Positions 24,676 to 37,329 of a DNA stretch of 64,000 bases are shown here, in pieces. The position numbers and the translations under genes were made by a program. Origin of the DNA: Leucoraja erinacea (Eukaryota); the NCBI RefSeq assembly GCF_028641065.1, contig NC_073402.1:10974001-11038000 (forward strand). The letters run 5' to 3'. Within the stretch, counting starts at the first letter, position 1. Each line of letters opens with the position of its first letter. The notes beneath the pieces are model-generated. The model did no database searches and was not told the origin of the DNA. It saw only the letters and a program-made list of their open reading frames with translations.

Positions 24676-26419
24676 ATGACCCAATAGACGAGCACAAGGC
24701 CATTATCTCAAACACTATCACTGGTTTCATTGCTTCCGGCTCCCTGCCCTACAAAGCCTCCAACCTCATTGTTCCCCAGCCCCGCACGGCCCGATTTTAC
24801 CTTCTCCCCAAAATCCACAAACCTGACTGCCATGGCAGACCCATTGTTTCTGCTTGTTCCTGTCCCACCAATCTTATTTCCACATACCTCAACTCCATCC
24901 TATCCACCCAGGTCAAATCCCTCCCTACCTATGTCCAAGACACCTCACAAGCTCGTCGTCTCCACCATGACTTCCATTTTCCAGGCTCCCACTCCCTCAA
25001 CTTCACCATAGATATCCAGTCACTCTACACCTCCATCCCCCACCAGGAGGGTCTTAAAGCCCTCCGTTTCTTCCTTGAGCACAGAACCAACCAATCCCCA
25101 TCTACTAATACTCTCCTCCGCCTAGCGAAGCTGGTCCTTACCTTCAACAACTTTTCCTTTCACTCCTCCCATTTCCTCCAAATCCAAGGCATAGCTATGG
25201 GCATGCGCATGGGCCCCAGCTATGTCTGCCTCTTGGTAGGGTACGTCGAACAATTCTTGTTCGAGGCCTACTGTGGCCCTATCCCCAAACTCTACCTTCG
25301 CTACATTGGTGACTGCATTGGTGCTACCTCCTGCACCCATGCATAACTAACTGACTTCATTCATTTCACCAATAACTTCCACCCGACACTCAAATTCACC
25401 TGGACCATTTCCAACATCTCCCTACCGTTTCTAGACCTCACTATCTCCATCGCAGGTAACAGACTACTGCCCGACATCTACTACAAACCCACTGACTCCC
25501 ATGGCTATCTGGACTACACTTCTTCACACCCTGCTTCCTGTAAGGACTCTATCCCCTACTCCCAATTCCTCCGTCTACGCCGCAGCTGCACCCAGGATGA
25601 GATGTTCCAAACCAGGGCATCGGAAATGTCCTCATTCTTTAGGGAACGGGGGTTCCCCTCTTCGACTATAGATGAGGCTCTCACCATGGTCTCCTCTATA
25701 TCCTGTAACTCCGCTCTCAATCCCCATCCACCCTTGTCCTCACCTTCCACCCTACCTGCCATCACATCCAACAGATAATCCTCCAAAACTTTCGCCACCT
25801 CGAACAGGATCCCACCACTAGCCACATCTTCCCATCTCCTCCACTTTCGGCTTTACGTAGAGACAGCTCCCTCTGTAACTCCTTGGTCAATTCGTCCCTT
25901 CCACACAACCCACCCCCTCCCCTGGTACTTTCCCTTGCAACTGCAGGAAATGCTACACTTGTCGCTTTACCTCCCCCTCGACTCTATCCAAGGACTCAAG
26001 CAGTCTTTCCCGGTGAGGCAGTGGTTCGCCTGCACCTCCTCCAACCTCATCTATTGCATCCGCTGTTCTAGGTGTCAACTGTTCTACATCGGTGAGAACA
26101 AGCGCAGACTTGGCGATCGCTTCGCCCAACACCTTAGTTCGCATTAACCAACCTGATCTCCCGGTGGCTCAGCACTTCAACTCCCCCTCCCATTCTGAAT
26201 CCGACCTTTCTGTCCTGGGCCTTCTCCATGGCCAGAGTGGGTCCCACCGCAAATTGGAGGAGCTGCACCTCATATTTCGCTTGGGTAGTTTACACTCCAA
26301 CGCTATGAACATTGACCTCCAATTTCAGGTAGTCCTTGCTCTCTCCCTCCTTCCCCTCCCCTTCCCAGCTCTCCCACAGCCTACTGTCTATGCCTCTTCC
26401 TTTCTTCTTCCCGCCCCAC

Positions 26420-29400
26420 TGTAGATCAGTGTTATGAGTCATGCTTTTGTAGCTGTGTCCAGTAGCTTTACTGTCAAGGGCCTGTCCCACGAGCATGCGA
26501 CTCCATGCGGCAAGTGCGACTTAACGTGGTCGCTTGAGCCGTACGGCCTCGCGGGGCCGGTCCCACTTCGATCGCCGAAACCGTATGGAGTTGTGCGGAG
26601 CTGGTCCCGACATCGCGCGGGGCTCCGAAAAACTGGCCGTGTTCAAAAATTCCACGCGGCAACGGCCTGCCGGCCCTCAGCCGCATCAATGCCGTACGTC
26701 ACGCGTGAACTTCCCGCGGACTTCGCTCGAACTTCATGTCACTCACTCGACCTCCGCACGGCCCCTGCTTCTGGTTTGATCGCGCTTGCCGCATGCAGTC
26801 ACATGCTCGTGGGACAGGCCCTTTAGGTCGCGCTTGCCGCATGTAGGTCGCATGCTCGTGGGACAGGCCCTTAACCCTCCCTGCCTGGGTTCCCGCATTA
26901 TTAGAAAAACGTGCTAGCTTGAAGTTACCTATGCTATGTCATTAATAAAGTCTTTGGACCTTTATCATGGTGTAAGGCTTCAGTTATTTGGACAGCCGCA
27001 ACACAACATGGTGTCAGAGTAAACAAACTCCTTCCTTAATTCTATTGCTTATATTTGAGTTTATTGTTTTTCAACGGTTTTGCAATGGCTTCTGCTCTCA
27101 GAAAACCAGAGGTCTTGGTATTTGATGAGGATCTTGCAGAACGATGGCGTGTATTTGAAGAAGATTTCTCAATCTACATTGATGCGGATCACCCTACTGC
27201 TGACCTTGGTGTTCAAGCGTCAATACTTCTTAATTTGGCAGGCACAGACGCTGCTTGCCGTGCCAGAAGATTTCACAATGAACCAGCTAGACTTGACGAG
27301 GCTAGTGTCCAGATTGTTCCTGCTGAATCCATTCGAGACACTGACTGCCTACTGTGCAAATTCGGACAATTATGTGAGTTACGGACTAATTTAAATATTG
27401 AGCAGCATCTGTTTTTTTCACGGTGCCAGAGACAGGGAGAGCCTGTGGAGTTATATGTTAGTGCACTGAAGCACATTGCAAGTCAGTGTGATTTCAGAGA
27501 TATATGTGACAGCCTTATTTGTGATCGTTTGATCCATGGCATCCGCAATGAGAAATTACGCGACAACCTATTGCGGGATGCTGACCTTACTCTAGAGACT
27601 GCTGAAAACCGCTGTCGCATTGCTGAAATAACTGATGCTCGTATCAAAGTTCTGGAGCACTCTACTGCTCGTGAAGTTAATGTTACCGGTATTTCTTATC
27701 AAATCTCTCCTCGTTTTTCTCAAGTGCCTGATACCAAGTTGAGACTAACTGATAATTGCTTTAACTGTGGGGGTTCACATGCCGCTGTTCGTGATGGAAA
27801 ATTATGTAGATTCTGCAACAAAAGAAACCACTTTCTTAAGTGCTGTCGTTCACGTAACAATGTCAAACGAAACAATCTGTTAATTCGCTTGGCTGTGAAA
27901 ACTCTATCTCAGAATTCTCACCACCAGCTCCAATGGATTTACAGGTTGTTGGCGAAGGTGTTGATGTCGATGTACATGCTTTGTCTAATTTAGTGCATAA
28001 ACAACTGGACCCCAAGGTTGCTTTGCTCATTAATGGCAAAACTCTTCATCTGAAAGTGGTTTCTGGGTGCTCGTTGCAATGTAATTTGCCTGGCTGTGTT
28101 CCAAAAGCTAAGAAAAACAGAGACTGTTTCTCCAACGGCAGCATCCTTTGTTTAATCTGCTGGAAGTCGAGTGCACCCTATCGGTCAAGTTGAGTTATAC
28201 TGCTGTCTTAACTCACGTGTCCACAACCTGGATATCGATGTGGTACGTGAAAATGTACCGTCTCTGCTGGGTGCCAACGCATGTCGAGACATGGGTCTGA
28301 TCACTTTCAGCCCTTCTGTCTCTCCTCTGACTGCAGACTATGACTTTAACCATCAAATCCTAACACAATACAAGATTTGACGATAAGCTGGGCAGGTTGC
28401 CTGTCAGGTACACGATTACCATTGACCCTGAGGCAATTCCAGTTGTTCGTCCGGCTCATAAGATTCCCCAAGCTGGACCTTGCTCAAAGTGAACTAAACA
28501 GAATGGTGTCTCTAGGTGTGATTACTCCCGTAACTGACCCCTCGGACTGGGTCTCCACCATGATCGTGGCTACCAAGAAGAACAAAGACGAGATGCAGAT
28601 TTGTATCAACCCCAAGGACTTAAACACAGCAATTAAACGGACCACCTACTCCTACTCTGGCATAATTTGATCCTAAACTACCGGTTATACTGACTTGTGA
28701 TGCCTCACAACACGGACTGATCGCAGCATGTGTTCAAAATGATGGCAACGACAATAAGCCTGTTGCCTATGCCTCGCGCACCATGACTGACACAGAACAA
28801 CGATATGCCCAAATTGAGAAAGCTGTTTGTGGTTGTTTTTGCCTGCTAGAAATTCAACTATTTCATCTTTGGTCACACGGTCACAATTGAAACTGACCAC
28901 CAACCTCTGATCAGCATTTTGAACAAACCGATCCACACCTCTCCAGTGCGCCTACAGCGGATGTTGCTGCAACTTCAAAAATATGACATTGTTCTGATCC
29001 ACAAACGCGGGAAGGATATGCACCTGGCTGACACTCTCTCTCGCGCATCCCGGAAGACCTGCGAGAATCCGCCCTCGCCAGATGATGAGTTTATTGTAAT
29101 GGCGGTGTCTTTTATCCCCTCGTCCTGTATGGAGGATTTAGTTGCCCACACATCTGCCGACAGTACCCTACGATCGCTTACCTCCATCATTAGGCGCAGC
29201 TGGCCAGACAAACACTACAACGCTCCGCTGTCAGTCTGGCTTTTCGTTGCCGTCCATGATGAGCTAATGCTGCAGGATGGCATTGTTTTAAAAGGTCACA
29301 AGGCTGTGGTTCCTGCTTTGCTGCACAACCAGTATTTTAACGTTGTTCATGCAGGGCACTCAGGGGCTGATCCTATTGTCCTACGGGCAAAAAACATGTT

Positions 29401-30775
29401 TTACTGGCCTGGCATGGCCGACTACATTACCAAGAATGTGTCATCCAGTGCAACAGCTTGGCACCTCACCAACAAAAGCAACCACTTCTCTCACATCCAG
29501 TACCTGCACTCCCATGGTCTACAGCGACAGCTGACATATTTGATTGGCATGGCAAGCAGTACCTGGTACTCATCGATTCGTATTCAGGATGGTTTGACAT
29601 TGATTTTCTTAGCAGCCCCACTTCCAGCGGAGTGATGTCGAAGTTATCTCGCCATTTTTCAGTCCACGGATCACCGGATAGACTGCTAACTGACAACGGC
29701 AGTCAATTCACCAGCCAACACTGGAATTTTCGCCACATTACCAGCAGCCCTGAATATCCACAGTCTAATGGGCTGGCTGAACGAGTTGTCAAAAGTGCCA
29801 AACAGCTCATGGAACGTTCATAAAGAGCTAAATCTGATGTATTTCTGGATCTGCTCAACTTACACAAAATCTCCCGTGACCCCATTTTGGGTTCACCCGC
29901 TCAACGTTTAGTGTTGAGGCCAGACCCATGCTACGATGCCTGTGGCGGATCAGGCATTGACCCCACAGGTGATTCCACCTGAGGAGGTTCAATCCAGGTT
30001 CAACAGAACCGTGACATTCAAAAACAATGGTTTGACAAAACAAGTAGGCCACTGCCACCATTGACCAAGGGGCAGGTGGTCTGTTTACAGACTGACAAAA
30101 GCCATGACCGTATTGGTGTGATTTCTGGAATTGCTTCTGAACCACGCTCGTATATTGTCAGTGCCGATGGCGGCACCTACAGGCGTAACAGTCAACATAT
30201 CCTGCCTGTGAGCAAGCCAGTTCCTCCTCCGTCTTATCCAGACCGTACTAGTGCTCTTCCGTCAGTGTCTAGCGGCACTCTACCAGCACAACAACCCGCG
30301 TCTGCAACGGCTCCTCTGCCAGTGACGACTTCGCCTGTGCCACAGTCGCCTGCTTCGTCTCCAGGAATGCTGGTTCAGTCTCCTTCACCTGTGCAGCCAC
30401 CTGCTCTGTCACTGGGGAGAAAGAACAGAGATGGTCTCTATCGTACACATGCTGGTCGTGTTTGTAAGCCGGTTGTGAAGTACCGCGACTATGTTTCACT
30501 TTCCTCCAGTTTATTATCAATTGCTATACATGCCTTACTTAGTAAATGGGTTTGTACTGATTCTTTAAGAGGGAGGATGTAGATAAGTGTCACTCATGTT
30601 ATGAGTCATGCTTTTGTAGTTATGCCCACTAGCTTTACAATAACCCTCCCTGCCTGGTTCCCACATTATTAGAAAAATATGCTAGCATGAAGTTACCTAT
30701 GCTATGTCGTTAATAAAGTCTTTGGACCTATATCATGGTGTAAGGCTTCAGTTATCTGGACAGCCGCAACACAAC
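26420..30775 (+). mobile_element. Gypsy (Mag-like) LTR retrotransposon with most of RT deleted
   Basis: Short LTRs 26420-27008 (MITE-interrupted) and 30578-30775; PBS TGGTGTCAGA 27009; PPT AAGAGGGAGGA; gag with CFNCGGSH..CRFCNKRNHFLKCC; RT start jumps to RNase H near 28650; integrase (TDNGSQF, PEYPQSNGLAER). Confidence 0.9.
26477..26871. mobile_element. PIF/Harbinger-like MITE in the Gypsy 5' LTR
   Basis: TIR AGGGCCTGTCCCACGAGCATGCGAC; flanks TCA/TAA; absent from the 3' LTR; second copy at 59214. Confidence 0.85.
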
Positions 30776-32053
30776 TTCCCCCCCGCCCCCTCCCCACCCC
30801 CACATTAGTTTGAAGAAAGGTCTCGACCCGAAACGTCAACTATTCCTTCACTCCATAGATGCTGCCTCATCCACTGAGTTTCTCCAGCACTGTTGTCTAC
30901 CTTTGTATAAAAGGGACGGGTTGCATCTAAATTGGAGGGGGACAACATCCTAGTGGGAAGGTTTGCTAATGCTACACGGGAGGGTTTGAACTAGATTGGC
31001 AGGGGGTGAAATCTTGTGCAGGACAGAGGCACAGGAGAGGCTAGAAGTTGGTATGGAGGGTGGTGTGGGAAAGGTTAATGGACAGAATAGGCAAAAAGCA
31101 GGACAGTGAGGAAGGAGGGTTGGTTTAAACTGCATGTATTTTAATGCAAAAGCCTTGATGGGTAAGGCAGGAGTTTTAGGGCATGGATAGGTTCGAGCGA
31201 CGGGGACGTTATAGCCATAACTGAAACCCGGTTAAAGGAAGGGTAGACTGGCAGATCAATGTTCCGGGGTAGAAGAGCTTCAGGAGAGACAGGAGTGAGG
31301 AAAAAAGAGGGGGAGTTGCATTGTTGGTTAAGGAGGATGTCACAGAGGTGACAGTACTGACGGTTCATCTAGTGAGGCTATATGAGTGGAGCTGAGGAAC
31401 AAGAAAGGGATGATCACATTGTTAGGGATATACTACCGACACCCAAATAGCCAACTGTAATTAGAAGTGCAAATGTGCCGGGGGATTGCAGGTCAAATAA
31501 GGTTGCTGTAGTCGGGAATTTCCCAATATAGACTGGGAAAATCATAGCGTGAAGGGTTTAGATGGGGTGCAATTCCTCAAAAGTGTTCAGGCGAATTTTC
31601 TTAAACAGTATGTGGAGGCCCCCACACGTGAGAGGGCAACGCTGGATCTAGTATTGGGAAATTGGGAATGGCAAGTTAATGAAGTGTGTGTGGAGGAGCC
31701 TTTTGGGACAAGTGACCACAGTTCAATTAGGTTTAAGATAGTTATGGATCGGGACGGAGAGTGTCCACGTGTTAAAATGCTCAACTGGGGTAAGGCCAAC
31801 TTTGAGGGTGTGAGAGAAGGTCTCGCTCAACTGGAGCAGTTATTTGAGTGGAAAGGAACATCGGCCAGGTGGGATGTCTTTAAAAGTGTACTGAAGAGAG
31901 CTCAGGATGAGAAAGACAAAGCAGGCAAATATAAGGAAGCTTGGTTGACGAGGGAAATTGACACATTAGTCAAAAACAAGAAGGATGTATGGGACAGATA
32001 TAGGCAGCTGGGATCAAGTGCGTCTCTGGAGTTTCGTGAACTAAGGAACAAAC

Positions 32054-32942
32054 TGTGTAGGGGGCGCTGCACTGGCGGCAGCCTGTCGGCAGCGTGCCCG
32101 TTTTTAGTATGTTTAAAAGTCTGTTTTTAATGTTTCTTTGTGTGTTATGTGTGGGGAGGGTAAGGGGGAAACCGTTTTGGCCGCCTCCTCCATGGAGAGG
32201 CGACTTTTTTTCAGGTCGCCTCCCCCGTGGCCTAACATCAAGGATCAGGCGGCCTTTCCCGGAGACGCACCCGGAGCTTCAGCGGCGGGCGCAGCGTGGA
32301 CTCTTGGCGTGGAGCGGGGGAGACCTCGCTGGGGCTCGCCGGAGGGGAGCGCTTCGTTACGCTGGCCCGCGGCAGCCGGCAGCCTGAAGCAGCGGTCTGC
32401 AGAACTCCAGCTGGTGCGGCGTCTACAGCCCGGGATCCCTCGTGGAGGACCCAGGGGGAAGAAGAAGCTTCCACCGCCGTCCCGTGGCCGTCTTCTACCG
32501 CGGGCGCGGTATGGACTTACTATCTCCCCTGGAGGAGAGCTTCGACCGCCGGCCCTGCAGACTGCGGTGCTTCTGGCTATGGCACGGCAGGTACTTTAAA
32601 ACTTTGACCGCCGGCCTGCGGCCTACACCAGCCTGAAGCCGCGGTCTCTGGTTGGGAAGAGCCGATCCTGGACTCACCTTGACTTTGACTTTGTCCCTTA
32701 CCATCTGAACGCCCGCAGCAACGGCTGTGGAGGGTGGAGGTCCCGACCATGGGGGGAAATGGAGGAGGACTGGCCAAGTTCTGTGCCTACCACCACAGTG
32801 ATGAATGCTGTGGTGGATGTTTGTGTAAAATTTTTATTGTGGTTGTGTGTTCTTTATTACTGTACCGCTGCTGGCAACCCAAAATTCCACCGACCCTGGT
32901 TGTGTGGCAATTAAATTATATCAATATCAATCAATCAATCAA
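32054..32942 (+). mobile_element. GC-rich non-coding (SINE-like, non-autonomous) retroelement inserted in CR1 ORF2
   Basis: (CAAT)n tail, short AAACT flanking repeat, CR1 resumes at about 32948, head shared with the element at 48885. Confidence 0.75.
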
Positions 32943-33369
32943 AAACTAAAAAAGATCAGAAGGGCAAATATGAGCCAGGAGAAAGTTCTGCCGGGTAACA
33001 TTTGACAATCCCAAAATTTTTTATAAATACTTAAGGGGGAAAAAGAGAGAGAGTGAGTGGGACCTCTCAGGAATAAAAGCAGTCACCTCTGTGTGAAGCC
33101 ACAGGAGATGGGCAAGGTCATCAATGAGTATTTCTCCTCTGTATTTACCGAGGAGAAAGACAGTAGGACGGAGGAAATTGGAGCAGTCACTGGAAGTGTC
33201 ATAAGAGCAGTCAGGGTTACCGTCAAGGAAGTACTGAAGGTACTATCGTGTTTGAAGGTAGACAAATCTCCGGGGCCTGATCAGATATATCCGGGGACAT
33301 TGCGGAAAACTAGAGAGGAAATTGCGAGAGCCCTGGTTGAAATTTATGAGTCGTCCTTAAATACACAAG

Positions 33370-34370
33370 AGATGTGTGTGTGTGTCTGTCTGTCTGTCGT
33401 GGAGGGTGTGTGTGATCAACAAATAACAAATAGTACTAGCGCAACAAAAAGCCCCCCCCCATTGGCCAGCAATATTGGAATTGGTGGAGATTGGTGGAAT
33501 ATTGCGTTGGGTGACCAGCCCTTCCGTGTGATGCTGGGACCGAACGGGTCCCACTTAGTCTAGTATATTTCTAAAAGTCTCATCTTGTTTGTTTCTATTT
33601 ATCTATCTATTGCGCGTATGTTATCCCGGAACTACACCAAAACGGTACAGGATAGTGTTAAAATGTTTGCACCACCTTACTCACAATTGTCCTGTGGCGG
33701 TTTGTGTCAAGTTTCGTTCAGATTGATGCTATATTTTACAAGTTATTTCATGTTTAAAACTGTACGAAATCCTGTTTGAGTAAGAAACACTGCAGTGGCA
33801 GATGGTGGCAGTTGCTGGCAGCCAGCAGGTATGACGTCACAATGGGATCGCATTTACATAAGCTGCCAATCAAAGCTGTTGCTATCCCAGGACACTGAGT
33901 CCTTCAGAGGAAGAATCTGCCAGCCTAACCCAGCATATTGTGATTGCAAAGCTACAGTAAAGTTTAATGGCCTTGTCTGAATGGCCTTTAATGATCAGTC
34001 TGAAGAAGGGTTTCGGCCCAAAACGTCGCCTGTTTCCTTCGCTCCATAGATGCTGCTGCACCCGCTGAGTTTCTCCAGCATTTTTGTGTACCTTTGATTT
34101 TCCAGCATCTGCAGTTCCTTCTTGAACAGCAAAGTTTAATGGCCATTTTTTTTTAAGGTTAAATGAGGGAGGGTGAAAAACTGAACCGACCTGCATGGTT
34201 GGGGGCTGTGGGTGAGTGGTGGAATATTGCATTGGGGGAACGGCTTGCGTTGGGGTAATGGGTTGCGTTGGAGGAACGGGTGAATAGTGCAATCTTACGT
34301 TGGGGAACGGGTTGTGTTGTGGAACCAGGCCTCCCGCGGGGGCTATGAGTGAGTGGTCGAATTTTGCGTT
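33370..34370 (+). mobile_element. Non-autonomous Helitron-like units, probably tandem
   Basis: Hairpin GGGACC-GAACG-GGTCCC, then CTAG|T ending at 33563. The next segment re-uses GTGGAATATTGC(G/A)TTGGG motifs (about 33493, 34219). Confidence 0.55.
33973..34130 (+). mobile_element. Solo Penelope terminal repeat with hammerhead motif
   Basis: CTGAAGAAGGGTTTCGGCCCAAAACGTC at 34000-34027; TSD AAAGTTTAATGGCC at 33959-33972 and 34131-34144. Confidence 0.8.
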
Positions 34371-34379
34371 AAAATATAC

Positions 34380-35430
34380 TAGAGACCTTTGTACCTGATA
34401 TGACAGGATAATATGAGAAGAACCCTCCACATTGTGGATAATGCTCAAAAAAAAGGATACAAATATGGTCCTGGTCAGTTTAAATTGCAGAAAAAGCCTT
34501 TGATAGTGTTAATTGGGTATTTTTATATGAAGTACTGAGGAGATTTGGTCTCAATGAAGATGCAATTCGGTGTATTAAAACAATATATCAGGAGCTTACA
34601 GCTAGGATTAAGGTAAATGGAAACCTATTAAAAAGGATCCAGTTAGAGAGGGGCACAAGACAAGGATGCTGTCTTTCTCCTAATCTCTTCTTTTGTATAT
34701 TGAAACCTTAGCACAAACAATAAGGCAGAGAGAAGACCTGCAGGGGGTCAAAATAGGGGGGAAAGAATATATCATCTTTTCACTGATGATGTCATTATTT
34801 TTCTTGAATGACCAGATATATGTCTCCCAAATCTACTGAACCTATTTGAAACATATGGATATTACTCAGGGTATAAACTGAATATAACAAAAACACAAAT
34901 TCTTTCATTCAATTATTCTCCATCCCAACAAATCTGAGACGCATATAATCTGAAATGGAATTCTAAAATGATGTAGTATCTTGGTGTAGCTATAACCAAA
35001 ACACTTTCCAACATGTTTGAAACTAATTATAAGATAATTGAAGAAAACATCAAAAAGGATGTTGAAAGGTGGTCTACCCTTCCTCTAGACTTCAGTGCCA
35101 GAATGCAAACGGTAAAAATGAATACCCTACCTAAACTACTATATTTATTCCAATCTCTCCCAATTAATATACCCCGAGACAAAGTCATAGCTTGGGATAA
35201 GATGATCTCTAGATTCATTTGTAATAGCAAAAAACCAAGAATAAAACTAACAACACTTCAACTGCCGAAAAGCAAGGGTGGAATGGCTTTACCAAATCTG
35301 AGGAAATACTTTTATGCAGCTCAACTCAGACCTCTGGCTTGTTGGTGAAGACCTGATTATGAATCCCGATGGAAAGAAATGGAAAGGGAGATTGCAGACC
35401 CAGATTTTGGTGGGAGACAAATATCTGAGA
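34380..35430 (+). mobile_element. Decayed L1-clade ORF2 (RT) fragment
   Basis: [47 protein letters not shown]. Confidence 0.85.
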
Positions 35431-36241
35431 GGGGCTTTGAGACATGCTATGTCCACCTAGTTTGGATGTTCAAAATCATAAGAGGAAATGCAATTGGTAT
35501 CAGCTATGAGGTCCATTGACATCAGCTATTAATAAATGAATATAGGAATTACATATTTTTATTCTTTTAAGTGTCACTTAACCTTGTACAAGTCAGGGTT
35601 TTAGCTAGTATTTACTCTGAAAGGTCTTCATATGTTGGAGGAAAGCACATTTTAAATACCTACAAGATTTAAAATAAGTTTTTGCTTGTCAGTTTAATCA
35701 TGGGAGGACCTCATACTGAAAGCATTCCAATGCTTTCATATTCCCGTTCTAATAAATTTGATTCAAGATTATTCCAATATCCTTGCTTTCACATTGAATT
35801 GTAAGCGGAGTCCTTGCTTCTGTATGAAAAATGAAATGATTCTGTATGTCTATAATGTTACAAGAAATTTCAGTCCTATTATTATATTTTAAATTAAATA
35901 TTTATACAGTTTTCACAGTTTTTGCGCAGCATTACATATACCATGGAACTTCATGCTGCCCCTTTGTGAATTATCAAATCAGGCAATTCTTTGGTATTGC
36001 ATGAAGTTTTTATGTAAAATTCAATTTCATTTTATCGGTAAATGATGTGGATGTTTTGTGTGAGCGACCTGCATGTGGAATCGGCTATATACGCAGTGGT
36101 GTCAAATGACAAGAAAATAATTTCTTAATGCCATACTTGTGCAAACTTCTTCACATTAAATCACACGAACACAGGAATAGCCTAGACAAGTTTTAAATAG
36201 AAGTTGAGGCTTGCTTCGGTGTTAGTTAAAGTCAACCTTAC

Positions 36242-36655
36242 TTTGATCCCTGTGGAGAAGAGTGAAGCATGAGTCATCTTGCAAGTAGGTCACCCATTAA
36301 ATATTTTTCTTCATGTTCACTCATGCCACTCTCACTCACTATAGCACTGAGGATTTCATTTGCATACCTAATCACATTCACTGGACCTTGGCCTGTCCAT
36401 CTGCCAAGCTCCACTATCCTTCCAACCGAACCTCCTCCAGAGGTGAACTGCTGCGTTTTGTGTTCAGTAAGATTTTGATTAATTGCTTTAAGGCAATTCA
36501 ATTTTCAGAGGAAGAGCAGTGAAAAGGGGCATCCTTTGAAGCTAAGAGTGTGTCACTTGAGGAATTGCCCGAATGTGAAAAGGAGCTAATTAAATTCAAA
36601 TGTAGTTGCGGTAGTTTTGGGACTTAGTAACTATTGACAGAGCTGTATCATTTTC
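36242..36655 (-). pseudogene. Candidate decayed exon of an unidentified host gene (or a conserved non-coding element)
   Basis: Acceptor TTTTCCTTAG and donor GTAAGG; 75-codon open stretch, but stops in all frames overall; no TE motif recognised. Confidence 0.3.
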
Positions 36656-36799
36656 CTAAGGAAAACATCTAGCAACATAACTCTTTGGTGGAACTATATT
36701 TTACTCCACTTTTCATCATCCAAAGCTTTTCTCTCAAATATATTTTGGGAGAGGTTACCCTTTTGAAGTTATCACAGAATCGAATTCCATCAGAACTTC

Positions 36800-36951
36800 C
36801 AAAGATGTACAGGGATGTAGGTAAATTGGCTTTGTAAATGTAAAAATTGTCCCAAGTGTGTGTAGGATAATGTTAATATGCGGGGATCGCTGGTCGGCTC
36901 TGACTCGGTGGGCCAAAGGGCCTGTTTCCGCGCTGTATCTCTAAACTAAAC
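36800..36951 (+). mobile_element. HE1/V-SINE 3' part
   Basis: AAAGATGTACAG...AATTGTCCC...GGTGGGCCAAAGGGCCTGTTTCCGCGCTGTATCTCTAAACTAAAC. Confidence 0.65.
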
Positions 36952-37329
36952 TTCTGCACACGTATCTTACCACCTTCAAAGAATTAAAATATCTGTGCAA
37001 TAGAATATAAGGATTAAGCTATTTATACAAAAGATCACAGTGCATAGAACTCCTGGAAGTTGCCTGTTGCTGAAATCCTCGGTTCCATTTATGATCACAA
37101 CCCTATCAACTGAGTATTTAAATTTATCAATCAACTGTACATTTGTTACTATTTTCTAACAGAAGTTCATTTTTTTCTACTATCGTCTAAATACTTCCTA
37201 ACTTTACTTCTGAAAATCCTAATTTTGGTTTATAAACATCTCATAATCATACAACACAGAGTCAGGTCGTTTGTCTCACCACGTCCTATCCCAACCTGAC
37301 AGTCAAGGGAAACGGGTGATATAGGCATA

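Larger units (their letters stand above)
24419..30903 (+). mobile_element. Penelope-like element (RT plus GIY-YIG, hammerhead-bearing 3' repeat), split by a Gypsy insertion
   Basis: FYLLPKIHK..RPIVS, DIQSLYTSIP, GIAMG, YLRYIGD; NLIYCIRC..FYIGE..RLGDRF (GIY-YIG); tail 30776-30903; 11-bp TSD TGTATAAAAGG at 24408-24418 and 30904-30914. Confidence 0.92.
23145..33368 (+). mobile_element. CR1 LINE with 5'UTR, esterase ORF1 and APE part of ORF2; 3'-truncated; hosts nested insertions
   Basis: ORF1 Zn-finger CLSCRMWE and SGNH/esterase motifs (DSIVR, GTND, DGLH) split at 24418/30904. APE remnants at 31120-32050 (TLDLVLGN, SDHSSI) and 32948-33368 (KSPGPDQIYP). Confidence 0.88.

Noticed and set aside
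32210-32250. HDV-like ribozyme P3/L3 look-alike (GCC TCCCCCGT GGC; similar near 49066)
   Set aside because: Convincing P1, P1.1 (GG) and P2 partners could not be identified by eye. An RNArobo/Infernal search on the family consensus would be needed.
32094-32949. Many overlapping GC-rich ORFs (also 49150-49900, 26430-26830, 59160-59740)
   Set aside because: Stop-poor GC-rich non-coding repeats with no protein motifs.
36242-36249. Possible neural microexon (TGC plus pyrimidine tract, CAG|GGATCAAA|GTAAGG)
   Set aside because: It is 8 nt, so frame-shifting, with a weak exonic donor context. The donor is equally explained as the end of a longer decayed exon.
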